Source of the DNA: Podarcis muralis
Lineage: Eukaryota
Length of the DNA: 64,000 nucleotides
Direction of reading: 5' to 3'
NCBI RefSeq assembly: GCF_964188315.1
Contig: NC_135667.1
Location: forward strand, 26,288,001-26,352,000
The translations under genes were made by a program, and so were the position numbers. The notes under the pieces were generated by a model. That model was not told the DNA's origin, ran no database searches, and was given only the letters and a program-made list of their open reading frames with translations. How positions within the stretch are numbered: position 1 is the first letter of the stretch; the number at the start of each line of letters is the position of its first letter. Positions 26,076 to 37,864 of this stretch are shown in pieces.

Positions 26076-27290
26076 AGTTTAATTTAATATTTTAAAATAT
26101 ATTTTTATTAAAGATTTCCTAGTTTACAGAAATACATGTGTTGTCTCTTTTTCCAAGTTTTGTTTTCTACGGATCATTTTCATTTGTTGTGAGGCATCAG
26201 TGTTACATACAGTGTTAGGTTAGGAAGAAAAGAGGGGCGGGTGGGGAGGGGGAAATGGTAAGTGGGGGTGGGATTGGGTAGTTTCTGCTTCTATTCTACT
26301 CAGTGTATGTATGGGGTTCTTTTGATGACCAAAGGGTTAAACTATCATCTGTAGTGTCCTTTCTGAGGTAGGTAGCCTCCTGTAGTTCCCTGACACATTA
26401 AATCCTATAACGTCATAGTGGCAAACCCACAAGCAGCTGCAACATGTAACTGCCAAAGGCAGAACAAACCACACAGCCAAATTAACTGCAAAGCTTTTTT
26501 ATGGTAAATCTGCTTACCGTTATCGGTGTTTCAGCCTAGCCCTGGCCACATCCACAATCTGATGCCTGGTGGGGAAGATGACAGCCTGCCTGGGGACTGG
26601 CCAATAGTGGGCAGACTTAGGTGCGGGAATTTCACAGGGAGTGGGCCCAACCAACAATAGGTGTCACTTGGGTCTGCTACCAGGGAATTAAATAGAGGCC
26701 TGCACAGGCCTCCATACCAATTGGTCATCACACAACTAAGGGAACAGACAAGTGGATGGGGAAGTGAACTACTCCTGCAACTCCATTACCAAATGAGATT
26801 CCAATGAGAACCCAAGCTGCCATATTACTCTCAGGGAACCATAAGGACTGGATTCAAAAATAGATTAATTCAAAGAGGATTTGTGACCACCATTTACCTA
26901 CGCACTTCTATTTACCCGATGCTGTCTGTAAGGAATTACATATTTTTCTCAGTTCATGAATGCTTATCCTTCAGTTGTTTCCCAAAGCTTCTTAAAGCCA
27001 GTATGGTATTGTTATTACAGAATTGTACTCAATTTTATTCAGGGGAGACCCACCTTAAAATAAAATTAAGCTCATTTGCTATGTTGCTGAGATGGTAACA
27101 TGGAGAGAAAAATCAATGAATTCTAACTTACTCTGTCTAGATAAATGATATGGATAGAAAGTGAATAACGGGGGGGGGGGGCAGCGGAGAGAACATTCAC
27201 AATTATGTCCTTTTAAGATGTTCTTTGTACAATGAAATCCACAAAACAACAAAAATAAGCACCAGCAGCTTTTGAGAATTACAATGTTCT

Positions 27291-28195
27291 TTAGTGATTT
27301 CCTCCCCTAATTAACTGCTCCCTTTTGTTCAGCTCAGGCCTCAACAAGATAATGTAGCATTTGGGAAAGAAGATGCAAGTCAGCAACCCAGCACTGGAGG
27401 CCAAGAGGGAGAAGATCTCCACAGCCACCATGTATTTCCCTTTGGTGCTCAAGTAAGTTGGAACAAAGGACATCCAAACACTGCAAAACACCAACATGCT
27501 GAAAGTGATGAACTTGGCTTCATTGAAACTGTCAGGCAAGTTCCGGGCAAAGAAAGCTACAATGAAGCTGGCCATGGCTAGCAAGCCCATGTAGCTCAGG
27601 ACACAGTAAAACATCATTGGGGATGACTCGTTACATTGCAGTACAATCTGCTCAGTCATTGACTGGGCGTCAGTATCTGGGAATGGAGGAGAGGTGGAAA
27701 GCCACACCAGGCAGATGCCCGCTTGAAGAATGGAGCAAGAAAGGACAATGGAGCTGGCCAGGCTTTTCCCCACCCACTTCTTCATCCTGGATCCAGGCTG
27801 TGTAGCCATGAAAACAAGAACCACAGTGATGGTTTTGGCCAGCACAGAAGACACAGCCATTGTGAACACAAGGCCAAAGGCAGTTTGGCGCAGAAAACAT
27901 GTCACTTTGTCAGGTCTGCCGATAAATAGGAGTGCAGAAAGGAAGCAGAGCAGGAGGGAGATGAGGAGAGTGTAGGTCAGGTCCCTGTTGTTGGCTTTAA
28001 CTATGGCAGTATCATGGTGCTTCAAAAATACTCTTAGCATCAAAACTGTGATCATGGAAAATGAGACAGCAGAAACTGTTAAACTGATACCCAAAGGTTC
28101 TTCATAAGATAAGAAGGTTATAGTCTTGGGAATACATGCATTCTGGCCCTTGTTTGCATATTGATCATCTGGACATTTGGAACACACAGGCATAT
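27291..28195 (-). CDS. V2R C exon 6 (7TM)
   Basis: Within ORF 27291..28211. Confidence 0.95.
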
Positions 28196-31100
28196 CTGAA
28201 ATGGAAAACACAAAAAAGTACCAGGTTAGAATTATTTTTAACCCTTTGCTTCTGACATGACAGGAATACAGTCATGAATAAGTAACACAAACTAGCTATA
28301 GCTGTTACTCTCAGTCAGCTACACTGCCGGTGGCACTGTGGTCTAAACCAACGAGCCACTTGTTCTGCAGTTTTAATCTGCAGAACCGGGTGAGCTCCCA
28401 TTGCTAACTCCTGCCAACCTAGCAGTTCCAAACCATACCAGCATGAGTAAAAAAGAAAAGGTAAAGCACTCACGGATGGTTAAGTCCAGCCAAAGGTTAC
28501 TATCGGGTTGCGGTGCTCATCTCGCTTTCAGGCCAAGGGTGCCAGTGTTTGTCTACAGACAGCTTTCCAGGTCATGTGGCCAGCATCACTAAACCACTTC
28601 TGGTGCAATGGAACACCATGACAGAAGCAAGAGTGCACAGAAATGCCGTTTACTTTCCAACTGCAGCAGTACTTATTTTTCTACTTGTACTGGCGTGCTT
28701 TTGACCTGCTAGGTTGGCAGGAGCAGGGAGGGAGCAATGGGAACTCACCCCGTTGTGGGCATTTGAACCACCAACCTTCCAATCGGCAAGCCCAAGAGGC
28801 TCAGTGGTTTAGACAATAGCGCCACGCACGTCTAATACGATAAATGGGTAACGCTGTAGCGGGAAGGTAAATGGTGTTTCTATGCTCTGTGGCCTCCATC
28901 ACAGTGTCCCGTTGCACCAAAAGCACTTTAGTCATTCTAGCTACATGACCCAGAAAGCTGTCTGTGGACAAACACCAGTTTCTTCATCCTGTAAGAATGA
29001 CAAACACCCTATAGTTGAATTTGAGTGCACTTAACTGTCCTGGAGTCCTTTACCTTTACAGTAGAATATGTAATAACTGAAAAATGAAATATTCTCCTTG
29101 CTTGTGTATTCACTCATGTATTCCATTCTATTTTAAATGTGCTATTACATTCAATGGCTAAAATATCAAGGGCTCATTAAAACATAGGTAGAACAAGGTG
29201 ATTTGACTGAACATTAAACTGGATGGTATGTTCATATTTCTCCCCATAATGTATTGTATTATGTAGTTCTTGTATGGACATTAGCACATATTTCCAGGCT
29301 ATCACATGGTTGTTGCAAATGTTATGGCTCTAAATGCAAAGGTTCACAAAGACACACATTCATAGGCACTACCAAATCTCATTTGAAATATGGAAGGCAC
29401 CTAACATTGCAGAGCTGGACGCATAAACTGCCATTGTCCACATAGTACTCATTAATTGCATTGGCATAATGTGCCCATTATTCTTCCTTGTATTGGGCTG
29501 TGAAATACAGAGATTCTTCTTGTATCTGTATGCTGAAACTCTCACCTTCATGATCAGATATCCACCCTTTGGGGCATACAATGCAATCATAGCAGCAGAA
29601 GGACTCCCCCTCCTTGCTTTTCTTCATATAACCGGTTGGGCACTTGGGATTACACAAAGCAACAGGCTGTGTCTATCAAGAAATGAAAGGGGCAGATGTT
29701 GATCTTCAGGAGATCTTCATTGTGCTTTCTGGCCATTTTCCTCATACACAGTCCTTTCTTTAGTCCTTTAGTTGTATGCCCTTCCCTTCCCTCCACTTTA
29801 ACTGCTGCTTATTGTCATGCGTCCAAGTTCCTGGCTTGATAACACAGTAAGCATTGTTAATTAAAAAGGAGGATTTATTGCAAAAAACAAGCAGATAGCT
29901 CCAGACAGCTGTAACATCGCCTCCAGCATCAATAATCAGGATGACCCTTCTGAAGACTGTTTCCGGTTTCTACAGAAGAAAATTTTGAACCTTGCATCTC
30001 TTGCTTTATTACTTGTCTAACAGCCCTCCCCTTAGCTGATTCTTAGAACAGATTAAATCAGCTCCAACCTCTTCCCAGTCTGACATACTACTTCCGTCCC
30101 ATTTCTTGCCTGATTGCACTTCCTGAGAGTTTTGGTTGGGTACCAGCCCGCTCTCAGTCATTCCCTTATAAATTGGCATTCCAAGGAAGTCAGCTCTCTC
30201 TGCTGTGTTCCCGGCTGCTTTCTTCAGTTTGCTGCAAACCTTCACTGGGAGCTGGCTCATTCCTGACACTTATAATGCATAAACATCAATTTTCATAATT
30301 TGGTTTTTCCATATCCATACTGCATCTGTAACACCTTCATGTTGTGTGATTCTCTCAATGTCAGTTTCTCTCAGGCATGCCATCTATGGGGGGGCAGAGA
30401 GGTCAAGAACCCTTAAAAAATCAATCATGGGGTGGGCCCCCTCAATATTCTGGAGCCAGGCAGGTGCCATCGGGCTCTGCTGCAGCTGCAACGGGCTCCT
30501 TTGGACCTCTGTTGGGCCTGCCTGTTGCTGCAATAGGCTCTGACAGGCCATGTCGGGTAGAGCGAGTTACAATAATTCAGTCTGGAGGTGACCGTCGCGT
30601 GGATCACAGTGGCTAGGTCATGGCGAGAGAGGTAGGGAGCCAACTGCTTAGCTTGACGGAGATGGAAAAATCCTGCCTTTGTTATAGCTGCAATCTGCGC
30701 CTCCCTGGAAAGGGAGGTGTCGAAGATTACACCCAAACTCTTAACGGACAGTGCTGGCACTAATTGCACCCCCGCAAGAGATGGGAGTTGCCCCCCCCCC
30801 AATCCCATATCGCCCCGTCCCAGCCACAGGACCTCTGTCTTCGAAGGATTTAGCTTCAACCGGCTCCCACGTAACCATCCAGCCACAGCTTCCAAGCATC
30901 TGGTCAGTGTGTCTGGGGCCGAGTCAGGATGGCCATCCATCAACAGATAGAGTTGGGTGTCATCGGCATACTGATGGCAACCCAGCCCAAAACTCTGAAC
31001 AAGCTGGGCGAGGGGGCGCATAAAGATGTTGAAAAGCATCGGGGAGAGTATCGCACCCAGAGGCACTCCACACACCAAGGAGTGGCGCGATGACAATTCC

Positions 31101-34100
31101 CCCCCAAGAACCACCCTCTGTCCCTGACCAGAGAGAAACGAGCGCAGCTATTGGAGGATTGTGCCCTGAATCCCCACGCCGGCAAGGCGGTGGTCCAGAA
31201 GTTCATGATCGACCATGTCGAAAGCTGCTGACAGATCTAAAAGGATCAGCAGCCCCGACCCGCCTCGATCCAGCTGTCTACGAAGATCATCTGTTAGGGA
31301 AACCAGAGCCGTCTCGGTCCCATGACCAGCGCGGAAGCCGGACTGGAATGGATCCAGAGCCGATGTTTCATCCAGAAACCCACCAAGCTGTTCAGGAACC
31401 GCTCTCTCAATCACCTTACCCAGGAACGGAAGATTCGAAACCGGGCGGTAATTGGAAAGATCTAAAGGATCTAATGATGTTTTCTTTAAGAGCGGGCGCA
31501 CCACTGCCTCCTTCAGTTCCCCTGGGAATGTCCCTGTGCCAAGGGACAAATTGATGATACCCCCCAGGATTGCACTTGGCTAAGTTGACACTTACAATAC
31601 CCAAATACCCCTTGCTGAGGGGTCAGTTGCAGCAACAGGGAGCCTCACCCCATTCACCAGCTTCTGTAACTTTCATTTACGGGCTGCATGCACACAGCTG
31701 GAGATGACACTTGCATGGTAGATGTTTCTGTTCTTCCAGCTTCAATTCTCTCCTAGTTCTGACAAACAGTGATACAGGAGAGGATAGGGAAGCACCTGGC
31801 TCTTTACTTCCCTGACCTGCTTCTTCCTCCACTTCCTTGAGTCCTTCACCCTCCAGCTCTGCAATTTCCTCAACTTAGTACCTCCTGCCTTCCTTTTCTT
31901 CCCAGTCAGACTCCAGCCCCACTTCCCCTGGTGCACACACCAGGCCCTCTTACTCACTGGAATAAGTCTGCATATGGCTGCTTTTTATTTTTGTTTAAAT
32001 GAGAGTATAATTATCATACAATGGGGAACGCTTCATGAAATCTCTCCTCCTTTTCTCCTTTCTGGTCTCCCTCCTTCAATTCTCTCCTAATTATGGGAAA
32101 CAGTGATACAGGAGAGGGTAGGGAAGCACCTGGCTCTTTACTTCTCTGGCCTGATTCTTCCTCCACTTCCTCCAGTCCTTCACCATCCAGCTCTGCAGCT
32201 TCTTCTGCCTCTTGCCTCTTGGCTGCCCTTCCTTCCCAATCAGACTCGAGCCCCACTTCCTCCACTGCACATTCATCAGTGTCATGAAACTCCCTAACAC
32301 CAACAACCCCACCCCCACCATTTATTATTTGTATCCCGCCCATTTGGCTGGCTTCCAACAAAGATTAAAAATACATTAAAATGTCACTCATTAAAAACTT
32401 CCCTAAACAGAGCTGCCTTCAGATGTCTTCTAAATGTCAGGTAGTTGTTTATCTCTTTGACATCTGTTGGGAGGGTGTTCAACAGGGTGGGTGCCACTAC
32501 CGAGAAGGCCCTCTGCCTGGTTCCCTATAGCTTTGCTTCTCGCAGTGAGGGAACTGCCAGAAGGCCCTTGGAGCTGGACCTCAGAGTCTTGGCAGAATGA
32601 TGGGGGTGGAGACGCTCCTTCAGGTATACTGGGCCGAGGCATAATATAGACATTTTTGCAAAGTAATTTCTGTCAAAAATTACAAAGCCCTATACAGCCT
32701 GTATATTTCTGTTACAAATATAAACAATCCAAAGCACACACTATGTCCTCTGACTCACTGGAATAAGTCTGCATAGGGCTGCTTTTTTATTTTTGATTGA
32801 ATAAGAGTAAAATTTTCATGCATGAAATCTCTCCTCAGAGGGTTGGAATGGTTGGAGAATGAGCAACAGGCAAGGACAAAATTGTGCAGAGGGTTGGGCT
32901 TTGAACAAAAGACTCACTCTCATTGAGAACTGGGACACTTCCCAAATATCTGCATTGAAGTCCTACCTGATTAAACCAGCTGTGCCACACTATGGCTTCC
33001 TCATTGATGCTCAAGAGTTCGTCAGGAGGAGCTCGGGGATCCATCCTTCCAACTTTCACTCTCTTGAAAGATTGGTTTGGATATGTGACCAAATTGATAA
33101 TGTCATACTTTTGAATGAACTCCCCATTCTGGTCAAAGGAAATCTTCTCCCCAACACTGTTGTTAAATGACACAGCTTTCAAAAAATGATAGAGCTGGAA
33201 CAAAAAACAGAAAAGGGAGCCAGATAAAGTTGGGTGTCATCAGCATAATGAGGACAGCCCAGCCCGAAGTTCTGAACACGCTGGGCAAGAGAGCGCATGT
33301 ATACAATAATATATATACAATACAAAACTATGTATATTATGTATACAAATAAGACCTTAGGATAAGAATACGAAGCAATAGGTAAAAAAGGAATAAAGTA
33401 AATAATCAAATCAGGACATCATATCAGTGTACAGCTAGATTTGAAACAGTGGTAGAGCAGGGAGAGGAATATATATATTTTAAAAAATAATATCAGAAAA
33501 TTAATAAAAATTGAAGGAAGGAAAAGAAATAAAAATAAAAATAAACCGCCATTAATACCCTCATATATAGGTTGCACCATATATATATCACATAGACCCT
33601 TTTATTTCTTCCATCTCTCCATTTCTTTTTCACACAGCCCACATACAAACATTTCTCTCTCTCTCTCTCTCTCCCTCTCTGGCCAAATATATGTTGCTCG
33701 CAAAGACAACACTTGAGCTCACAAAAAAATATTAAGAAAAATTGCTCAGCCTTGTACTTCTTAACTATAGGGAATGAAGGCAACGCAGAAGTGGACAATT
33801 GCACAGGATCAATCTAAAAAGTGTCTCCAGCAGATGAATCGTTCTTCCTGCTAACTTGACCTGGAGATGTAATATTGCTGTTCTTGAACTTGGAGAACTA
33901 TAGTGCCGAAGTTTTGGTGAGACCAGGGCTCCCTCTCTCCATTATAGTACAAAGCTGAGGGACACAGCTGAGTCTCCTTAATTAAAGCAGCACCTCACAA
34001 TGTGGGTGAGACCAACAATTCAGATGAAGCTGTTGCTACTATAAAAGACGTAGTCTCCTAATATTTCTTGCTAATGCAACATTACAGCACTGTTTGAGTC

Positions 34101-37100
34101 TGAAAACACACACCATCTACATCCCTCAAACATCCCACTCTTTCTCATGTGCCCTTTCACATTCCCCTCTCTTTATTTCTATTTCACAAACCAATATGCC
34201 TTCACATATACAGTTAAATGTCAATGGAATTAATAATAAAAGCAGAGCAACCAGTCCCTGATTCACATTTGGATACTCTTACCTGCCATGGCTGATGATT
34301 ATGAAGCTTCCTTCTTTCTCTCTTCATCCCTGCTTTGCTTCTGGATCTGGATGAAATCATGGCATGTAAGGCATGAGCCACAACATAGACACTATTGTAA
34401 AAGCTGTAGCTGTGGCCTGTTACACTCCTTGGGAAGACGTGCTCAGGAAGGCTCTCTAGTTTCTCCTCTCCAGTGCAGGGAGATGAATAAGCTCTCCCAG
34501 AGTAATTACCCAGTACAAAAGGGTCCAGAACAATATCCTGGGATATACAGCGAAATTGATCTGTCCAGAAATCTTTAATGAAACTATCTCCTTTAGCGTT
34601 AGAAGGGTTTCTGTTCTGAATAAAGTGTTGGAATCCTTGAAGTTCATTAGACTGAAGTGCAAATGATAAAGCACCAGAGAAATCTTGTATATCAAAGATA
34701 CGATTGAAGAGGTAGGTTTTTAACTCCATCCCTATTGTCAGAATGAAGACTTTTCCTTTTGGATTTGGCATTTTGGGCTTGATTCTTTGTTGTAGAAGAC
34801 ATCTCAAAAACATCATTTTTGTAACCTCTCCATGGAAGACGAGGACATTGGCTTTGCTGTTTATGATCTTAGCAGACAAATACATTGCACTTCGGTCAAA
34901 ATTTCCTTTCTCAATATCATATTCAAAACTGGTGAATGAGTCAAGAAATGCAAAACAAATGCTATGACTGGAAAATTCTGGAACCATCTTCTGTATGAAC
35001 CATTGTAAAGTCATTCCATCTGTAGCAAATAATCCAATCCACCTCCATTGGAAATAGTCAAGTAATTTGAGAATCCCCTTGAACTGATCAAGTCTCTTTG
35101 GGACCATTTTGTAGAATGAAGGGAGGTCAGTGTTCTCCAGTATGACTGAAGCAGAATCATATATGAGCTAAACAAATATTGCAGGTGTGGAAACAGTTTA
35201 GTTTAGTTTAGTTTACATTGGTGGTGCTTCTATGTTTGGGGGCGGGGTGGAACTGCAAACACATTTGTACAGTGCTGTATTTCTTAATAAAACATCATGT
35301 ATATATCTCAATCATTGTTCGTACTTTGTACTTTTTTTTGAAGATTTTCAAGGTCCCACTAAATTTTACATCAAACATAATTTTAAATCTTACATGTTAT
35401 CCAGAAAATCTCAAATCACATCACTGTCTTATTAATTGAAATCACATTAGAAGCAACCTTGCAAATTAAGTTAGATTGAGATAATTATAATTCTGATGAA
35501 AAACATGATGAAATATAAAAATATATTTTAAAAAATTAATTTGTAATGGACCCAAAACCACTTCTAAAATGGAAAGCAGTATTCACATTGTATATATTTC
35601 TTCTGTTTCCATACACACATAAACTCTTACCTGAGGAATCTTGTAGATAGCAAAAATTTGTGGTATGGGAAAGTAGGAATTAGTAACATCCGCAGTGATT
35701 GTCAATAAATTTTCATGGATACCACACATAAAGTTGGGGAGGAGTCTGTCCTTTGGTGAAATAAATTGCATTGCAGCAGGAGAGGTCCACCTAGCTTGCA
35801 AAGTGTTATCATATATATTGAATCCCAGTGAAATATTAGGTAAAATCTGGGGATTTTCATTAACCTCCTTTACCGCAAAAGCCAAAGCCAAAAGATGCTG
35901 ATAGTTCTCTGTCACTCCACTACAAAGAGAGTTGCATATTGTGTCACAAGTATATCCTGCTCTTTCTGAAGCTGTTATTTTCTAAAGTGGCAACCCTATC
36001 GCAAGATCCCCTTGGATGAGCATCTTAGAATACAGCAGATCTGTGAGTCAGAGGGCTGCTTCCTGTCTCAGCTGTCTCATCCTAGCTGAGCCTTGGCTGA
36101 GGTGGCTGAGTTGAAGCTGGCTGAGCTGAGGGTCGCTGAGCTGAAGCTGAAAAAATCGTCATTCTAGAGGTATGAGGGCAGAATCAAAGTGGGGGCTAGT
36201 TAGGATAGTCCACTAAGAGACATTACCTGGCAAGCCTAGAGGCAGATTTGGGGCATCTCAACAGGTTCAGTTGTACTGCACATGGAGCCGGTGTGTGTGC
36301 TGCAACAATGAAGTATAATGGAAGGTGAGAGGCTGAGGGTGCCCATGAAATCTGAGACCCCAAAATCCACCACAGACCAGGCTTAGTCCAAGAAGCAGCA
36401 GCAGCTCTGCTGCTGAACGTGGCTTGGATGTGGTGCATCTTTACCTCAGCTTAATTCACACTGCCCTGCTCTCATCCAGTTTATTGTGCATATGAGTGGT
36501 CACCCCCCCAAAAAAAATTAGTTATTGTGCTTCATTACTATATATTATGTTCTTATACAAGAGTAAGGCAAAGCTACCATATCAATATCACCACCATCAT
36601 TTTATGTGTATGCCTTTCCCTAGTTAAAACCATGCTCAAGGCAGCTTACAGTACAGAATCCTACAGAAACCTCATGTGTAATCTACTCCACAGGCATCTC
36701 TGGGTGGTCTCAAAGCACCAGCATTCTGGTTAAGTCATGATGAACAAATAAAATACATCAAAAATTACCAAACTGAAATAATTTCCAAAGAAATCAGACA
36801 AAGATCTGATTCATAAGCAGATTGAAAGATGAAAATTCAAAATAAATAAATAAATAACATGAATAAATAAACGAAACAGCCCAACAAAAAATGCTAAACA
36901 AAGACCCCAGCCCAAGGGTCTGTTCAGCAGCTTTTGTAGCTGAGGTCAGTCAGTCACTCAGTAGGGCACTGCCCTCCCAGGCCTGATGGGTAAAAGGCCT
37001 GTATGGAAAGGAGCAGATCATCCAGGACTTGCAAGCAAGATTGTCTCCGGGCAAGGACATATTTAATTCCTATATTGAATAACTGCAAACATACCCAATG

Positions 37101-37864
37101 AGATATAGTAATATTTTGGGAGCTGAGGAGAGGGATGCTCCTCGCTCTATACATGGTGCTAAAGCTCAGCTGTTTAGACCCTTTATTTGGTGGGAATAGT
37201 AGCTTGGTTTGTGAAGCAGAATTCAATATCATAACTTAACTGGGTACTGCTGTCCATCACTCTTCCACAGCATGAGAATCCTGCTTTGGAAGACAGCATG
37301 GTGATGGAGAGAGATAAAAATGGAAAGAGGATGGAAATGCTATAAAAGTCAGTTGACATTTCCAAAGCCCCAGTACATATTCAGTGGCTATTTGTATGTG
37401 GGGAGGTGGAAAATAAAATGCCTTTAATTTATTAATTGATTTTCCTATTGCACAAAGTAACATGTCATTGTCTGGAGGCTGAAAACTTAAGATTCCTGTG
37501 GACCTTCCACTACCTCTCCCTAGTCTATTCAAAGTTTCTCTTTTAAAATCAGGGTTGCAAAGAACCAAAGCTCAGTCTCTTTATTTTCTGCTGCAGAATG
37601 TAACATAACAGAGACAAAGTAGGAAGGAGAAATGACTCCTTATACGTACACTTTAGGTACTTGTTCCCAATCAGGATGTCTGTTCAAGGTAATTGGAGAC
37701 AGAGAAACGGCACTCTGAAAAACGATGGCTCCATAGGTGAAATCTCCACGTTGATAAAACCTGGGATAAATCGGTCTGGAACGCCACTTTCTACACTGAA
37801 CATCTTGAGCCTTGCATGTAATGTGAGGCAGCAGCAGCAGCAACACAATTATGAATATCAGCAT
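27291..37864 (-). CDS. V2R gene C, 6 coding exons, ~882 aa: join(37650..37864, 35631..35919, 34283..35167, 32967..33194, 29546..29672, 27291..28195)
   Basis: 215+289+885+228+127+905=2649 nt, in phase, canonical splice sites. Confidence 0.93.
28326..29015 (+). mobile_element. Sauria-type SINE split by a nested antisense Sauria SINE
   Basis: 5' half 28326-28452, 3' half about 28838-29015. Confidence 0.7.
28455..28832 (-). mobile_element. Nested Sauria-type SINE, antisense
   Basis: Reverse complement reads gtggcgctattgtctaaaccactgagcctcttgggcttgccgatt...gatgagcaccgcaacccgatag. Confidence 0.75.
29546..29672 (-). CDS. V2R C exon 5 (Cys-rich)
   Basis: Near-identical to A and B exon 5; 127 nt. 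Confidence 0.92.
30546..31565 (-). mobile_element. L2 LINE internal RT fragment (truncated at both ends), V2R C intron 4
   Basis: ORFs 31148..31549 ([16 protein letters not shown]...QSGFR...LDLSAAFD) and 30425..31114 ([10 protein letters not shown]...YADDTQLY...KLNPSKTE). Confidence 0.88.
32967..33194 (-). CDS. V2R C exon 4
   Basis: Within ORF 32835..33203; 228 nt. Confidence 0.93.
33216..33300 (-). mobile_element. Tiny L2 RT fragment (…[18 protein letters not shown]) next to the V2R C exon 4 acceptor
   Basis: Part of ORF 33179..33409; homologous to 30950-31020. Confidence 0.75.
34283..35167 (-). CDS. V2R C exon 3
   Basis: ORF 34214..35107 extended to tttag|CTC; 885 nt, one codon shorter than in A and B. 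Confidence 0.93.
35631..35919 (-). CDS. V2R C exon 2
   Basis: ORF 35583..35915; 289 nt. Confidence 0.92.
37650..37864 (-). CDS. V2R C exon 1
   Basis: Within ORF 37640..37939; ATG at 37864 aligns with the A/B starts; donor GTACGT; an extra in-frame ATG at 37939. Confidence 0.85.
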
